Of a DNA stretch of 64,000 nt, positions 61,423 to 64,000 are shown piece after piece. Each line of letters opens with the position of its first letter. The stretch's first letter is position 1. The notes under the pieces were generated by a model. That model was given only the letters and a program-made list of their open reading frames with translations. It was not told the origin of the DNA and did not search any database. A program made the position numbers and the translations under genes. Source of the DNA: Patescibacteria group bacterium (GTDB taxonomy: Bacteria; Patescibacteriota; WWE3; UBA101185; UBA10185); contig JBMORU010000001.1 of the NCBI GenBank assembly GCA_049322215.1, positions 755 through 64,754 of the forward strand, given 5' to 3'.

Positions 61423-61933
61423 TTGTAAAAACCTCCGTGTTTTTGTTTTTTTGTTTTCTAGAAAAAGTTGTGATCACAACCCAGATAACCCATAAAAGGG
61501 GTTCAACACATAAAGTGCACTTCATGTATTGCTGAGTAACCAAAGTATCTAAACTAAAGCAAAAAAAAGGGAAGTAGAATTGTCATACAAATCCCCTAAC
61601 TTCCTTAATTTTTTTTATATTACGCATTAAATTACGACTTCTATCAGGTACTCTAGTTGCTCAGCAACACACAAAAACTAATCCGGGAAAAATTAAACAC
61701 AAAGATTTTAAGTTTTGATCAATAAATTGATCATCCCCATACACATTGCCTACGAAAATTTAAAATTTTCATAAGCACCTTACACTCTGCATTTTATAAA
61801 ATTTTCAAAGTTCTTTGTGATAACAAAAAATTGACCGTAACAAACAAGTCAGGTCAATGTGTGACAAAGACAAAAAACGACCCACAAGAGGGTCAGTAGT
61901 CTTCCCTTCTCGCATAAGTTTTTGTCTTGCGAC

Positions 61934-61962
61934 AGTGTACCAAGAAACCCCATTAATGTCAA
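61934..61962 (-). promoter_or_regulatory. sigma70-type promoter defining a ~500-nt leader for the tubulin-like operon
   Basis: TTGACA-N17-TACACT with extended TG on the minus strand. Confidence 0.6.
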
Positions 61963-62201
61963 CCTATAGCATCTGAGTTTTGAGCAGCCAGCTAAATAAG
62001 CAAAGACGCGTCCTACAGCATAACGAATTAATGGCGTTTAAAGCAATAATGCATATGATATTATTTTCTTTTTGTTGCTTATTTTACGAGAAATTTTCAG
62101 CAATACACCAACATGCATAGCTTGTTAAAATTTTTAAAGTTAGCTAATCTGTATTTGTTAAGCCTGCTTCTCCTGTCCAGAAGCAAATTGGCCTTAATTC
62201 T

Positions 62202-62261
62202 AAAAAACGTCTTCTGCGGTTGTCGCATATACGTCGCTCCCTCGCGGGGGGCGTTTTTTTT
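62202..62261. terminator. Long GC-rich hairpin with A/T tracts on both sides
   Basis: AAAAAACGTCTTCTGCG...CGCGGGGGGCGTTTTTTTT downstream of the PIN/TRAM gene. Confidence 0.65.
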
Positions 62262-62272
62262 CATTTACCAAT

Positions 62273-63253
62273 TTATTCAAGCATAGTGGCAAAAATCATT
62301 TTACCTGCAGAAGTTTGTATTACTTTATCTACCTTTGCGTTAACTTCTTCCCCCACTGAAAACTTCGCACCTTCTATAACTACCATGGTTCCATCGCTCA
62401 TATAACCCACACCTTGCTTTTTTTCTTTTCCTTCTTGCACAACTTTAAGCTCAAGCTCCTCTCCGGGAATCACAGGAGTTTTAACTGCATTAGCTAAATC
62501 GTTTATGTTTAAGGTTTTAACACCTCCAGCTTCTGCTACCTTGTTTAAATTAAAGTCCAAGGTCATAAGTAAAGCTTTATATCTTTTGCTAAATATAACT
62601 AACCCCTTATCTACACCCTCTTTAAAGGTTCTTTCAGATTTCACAGCTTTATATATTTCAATTTTGGTTTCTTTTTTTAGGGCGTTTAATATATCTAAGC
62701 CGCGACGCCCTTTTTGACGCTTTAACTTGTCATCATTATCAGAAATTAGATGCAACTCATCTATAACTGCTTGCGGAACTATTAGTAAATTATTTAAAAA
62801 CCCAGTTTTGACTATATCGAGTATGCGCCCGTCAATTAAAACAGATGTATCAAGCACGATACCACCTGTATATAAGTCTTTAGTCTTTCTTTCCTGAACT
62901 TTTTTTTGCTTTTTTGCACGTGTCCTACGTGCATCTGACATACGTTTACTTTGTTGATCCCAAAAATCATAAACAATATTAGTAACAGTCTTAGTTATTG
63001 AACTTTCAAGCCAATTTCTAGCATGAGTAAACAGTATGGGTACGGTATGAAACCCAAATATAGCAGCAGAAAAAGATATTAATGTTTCTGCCAAAAAAGG
63101 TATACCAAATAAGGGTGTTTCCTGAAAAAATGCTGTATTTGAAAAGTTAAAGCCTGCAATAAAAAATAAGGCGCCTAATGTTATGCGCCCTAATGCAGGA
63201 GCTATTTTTGCTAAATAAGGAGATATCTCCTTCTTCTGATTCTTGTTAGCCAT
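62273..63253 (-). CDS. PIN/TRAM-domain membrane protein (YacL-like)
   Basis: TMs, VLDTSVLIDGRI, KRQKGRRGLDIL, TLDFNLNKVA, GKE..QGVGY..DGTMVVIE, QTSAGKMIFA. Follows radA. Confidence 0.92.
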   Translation of the reverse strand: MANKNQKKEISPYLAKIAPALGRITLGALFFIAGFNFSNTAFFQETPLFGIPFLAETLISFSAAIFGFHTVPILFTHARNWLESSITKTVTNIVYDFWDQQSKRMSDARRTRAKKQKKVQERKTKDLYTGGIVLDTSVLIDGRILDIVKTGFLNNLLIVPQAVIDELHLISDNDDKLKRQKGRRGLDILNALKKETKIEIYKAVKSERTFKEGVDKGLVIFSKRYKALLMTLDFNLNKVAEAGGVKTLNINDLANAVKTPVIPGEELELKVVQEGKEKKQGVGYMSDGTMVVIEGAKFSVGEEVNAKVDKVIQTSAGKMIFATMLE

Positions 63254-63284
63254 AAAAGCCTTTATGCATGGTACTTAGTTTAGA

Positions 63285-64000
63285 TCAAAGAATTTGATCA
63301 AGAGCCTTCTTTAAAGTTTTGACACTCTTTGGGCTAATTATATCACCGTATCCTAACTTTTTTGCTTCTTTAATTCGCTTCTCTTCATGTGGAATTTGCC
63401 TTATTTCGCCTGATAAACCACATTCACCAAATGCAGCAATTGTTGCTTTAATAGGTTTATCTTTTATAGCTGACGCTATAGCTAAACAAACGGCTAAATC
63501 TCCGGCATACTCCTCTACTTTGAAACCCCCTGCAACATTTATATAAACATCATGGTTAGATAAATTTATCCCAGCTCGTTTTTCTAAAATAGCAATTAAA
63601 AGCTGTAAACGGTTTACATTGAACCCATTTGCAGTTCGTTTTGGGTATCCAAACGATGATCGCGCGGTTAAGGCCTGTATTTCAAATATTATAGGGCGTT
63701 GTCCCTCCATTAAAACCGTTAAACATGATCCAGATGTTGTACTCAAACGCTGACTTAAAAACATTTTGGAAGGGTTTTTTACTTCTTCCATACCTTGTTG
63801 AGTCATTTCAAAAACTCCAACTTCTGAAATAGGCCCAAATCTATTTTTTGTGGTTTTCAATATTCTGTACATATGCTGATTGTCACCTTCAAGATATAAC
63901 ACAGTATCTACTAGATGCTCTAAAACTTTAGGGCCTGCTACAGCACCTTCTTTTGTCACATGTCCAACTAATATTGTTGGTATAGAAGACTTTTTTGCCG
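63285..64000 (-). CDS. radA: DNA repair protein RadA/Sms, 5'-truncated by the window edge
   Basis: VGHVTKEGAVAGPKVLEHLVDTVL, KNRFG, EG.RP...EIQAL, DVYINVAGG, GE.GLSGEIR. Confidence 0.96.
   Translation of the reverse strand, partial: AKKSSIPTILVGHVTKEGAVAGPKVLEHLVDTVLYLEGDNQHMYRILKTTKNRFGPISEVGVFEMTQQGMEEVKNPSKMFLSQRLSTTSGSCLTVLMEGQRPIIFEIQALTARSSFGYPKRTANGFNVNRLQLLIAILEKRAGINLSNHDVYINVAGGFKVEEYAGDLAVCLAIASAIKDKPIKATIAAFGECGLSGEIRQIPHEEKRIKEAKKLGYGDIISPKSVKTLKKALDQIL

Noticed and set aside
59079-61794. Transposon with terminal inverted repeats
   Set aside because: No transposase, no evident target-site duplication, repeats are interrupted asymmetrically, and the predicted promoter lies outside them. 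An RNA structure is preferred, though not proven.
1-64000. CRISPR array, DGR/retron, prophage, recoded stop codons
   Set aside because: No regularly spaced repeats and no RT, integrase or phage structural genes seen. Conserved genes read full-length in code 11.

Overview
AT-rich bacterial chromosome segment using the standard genetic code. The gene repertoire (giant DUF2341/LamG surface proteins, sortases, GH57/GlgA cluster, split ComEC, PEGA protein, divergent Adk) suggests a Patescibacteria/CPR genome, probably WWE3 or Microgenomates-like; this assignment is inference. Core content: two tandem giant LamG proteins, L10 leader-rplJ-rplL, an alpha-glucan cluster, mreB, ndk, argS, a competence locus (dprA-comM-arsR-comEA-comEC), obgE, rho, radA-PIN/TRAM, sortases with LPxTG-type substrates, glycosyltransferases and three tRNAs (Arg-CCT, Ser-TGA, Ala-GGC). 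Scattered among these is a distinct class of orphan genes. They are visibly GC-richer, have strong AAGGAG-type Shine-Dalgarno leaders (many host genes look leaderless), mostly have their own sigma70 promoters, and end in unusually long hairpins. Several carry motifs reminiscent of Chloroflexota exported proteins. The most striking is a tubulin/FtsZ-like GTPase plus Zn-ribbon membrane protein operon. Its ~500-nt structured 5' leader can base-pair over about 40 nt with its own 3' trailer 2.6 kb away. Two candidate stand-alone ncRNAs are also present. No CRISPR array, integrase, transposase or reverse transcriptase was seen.
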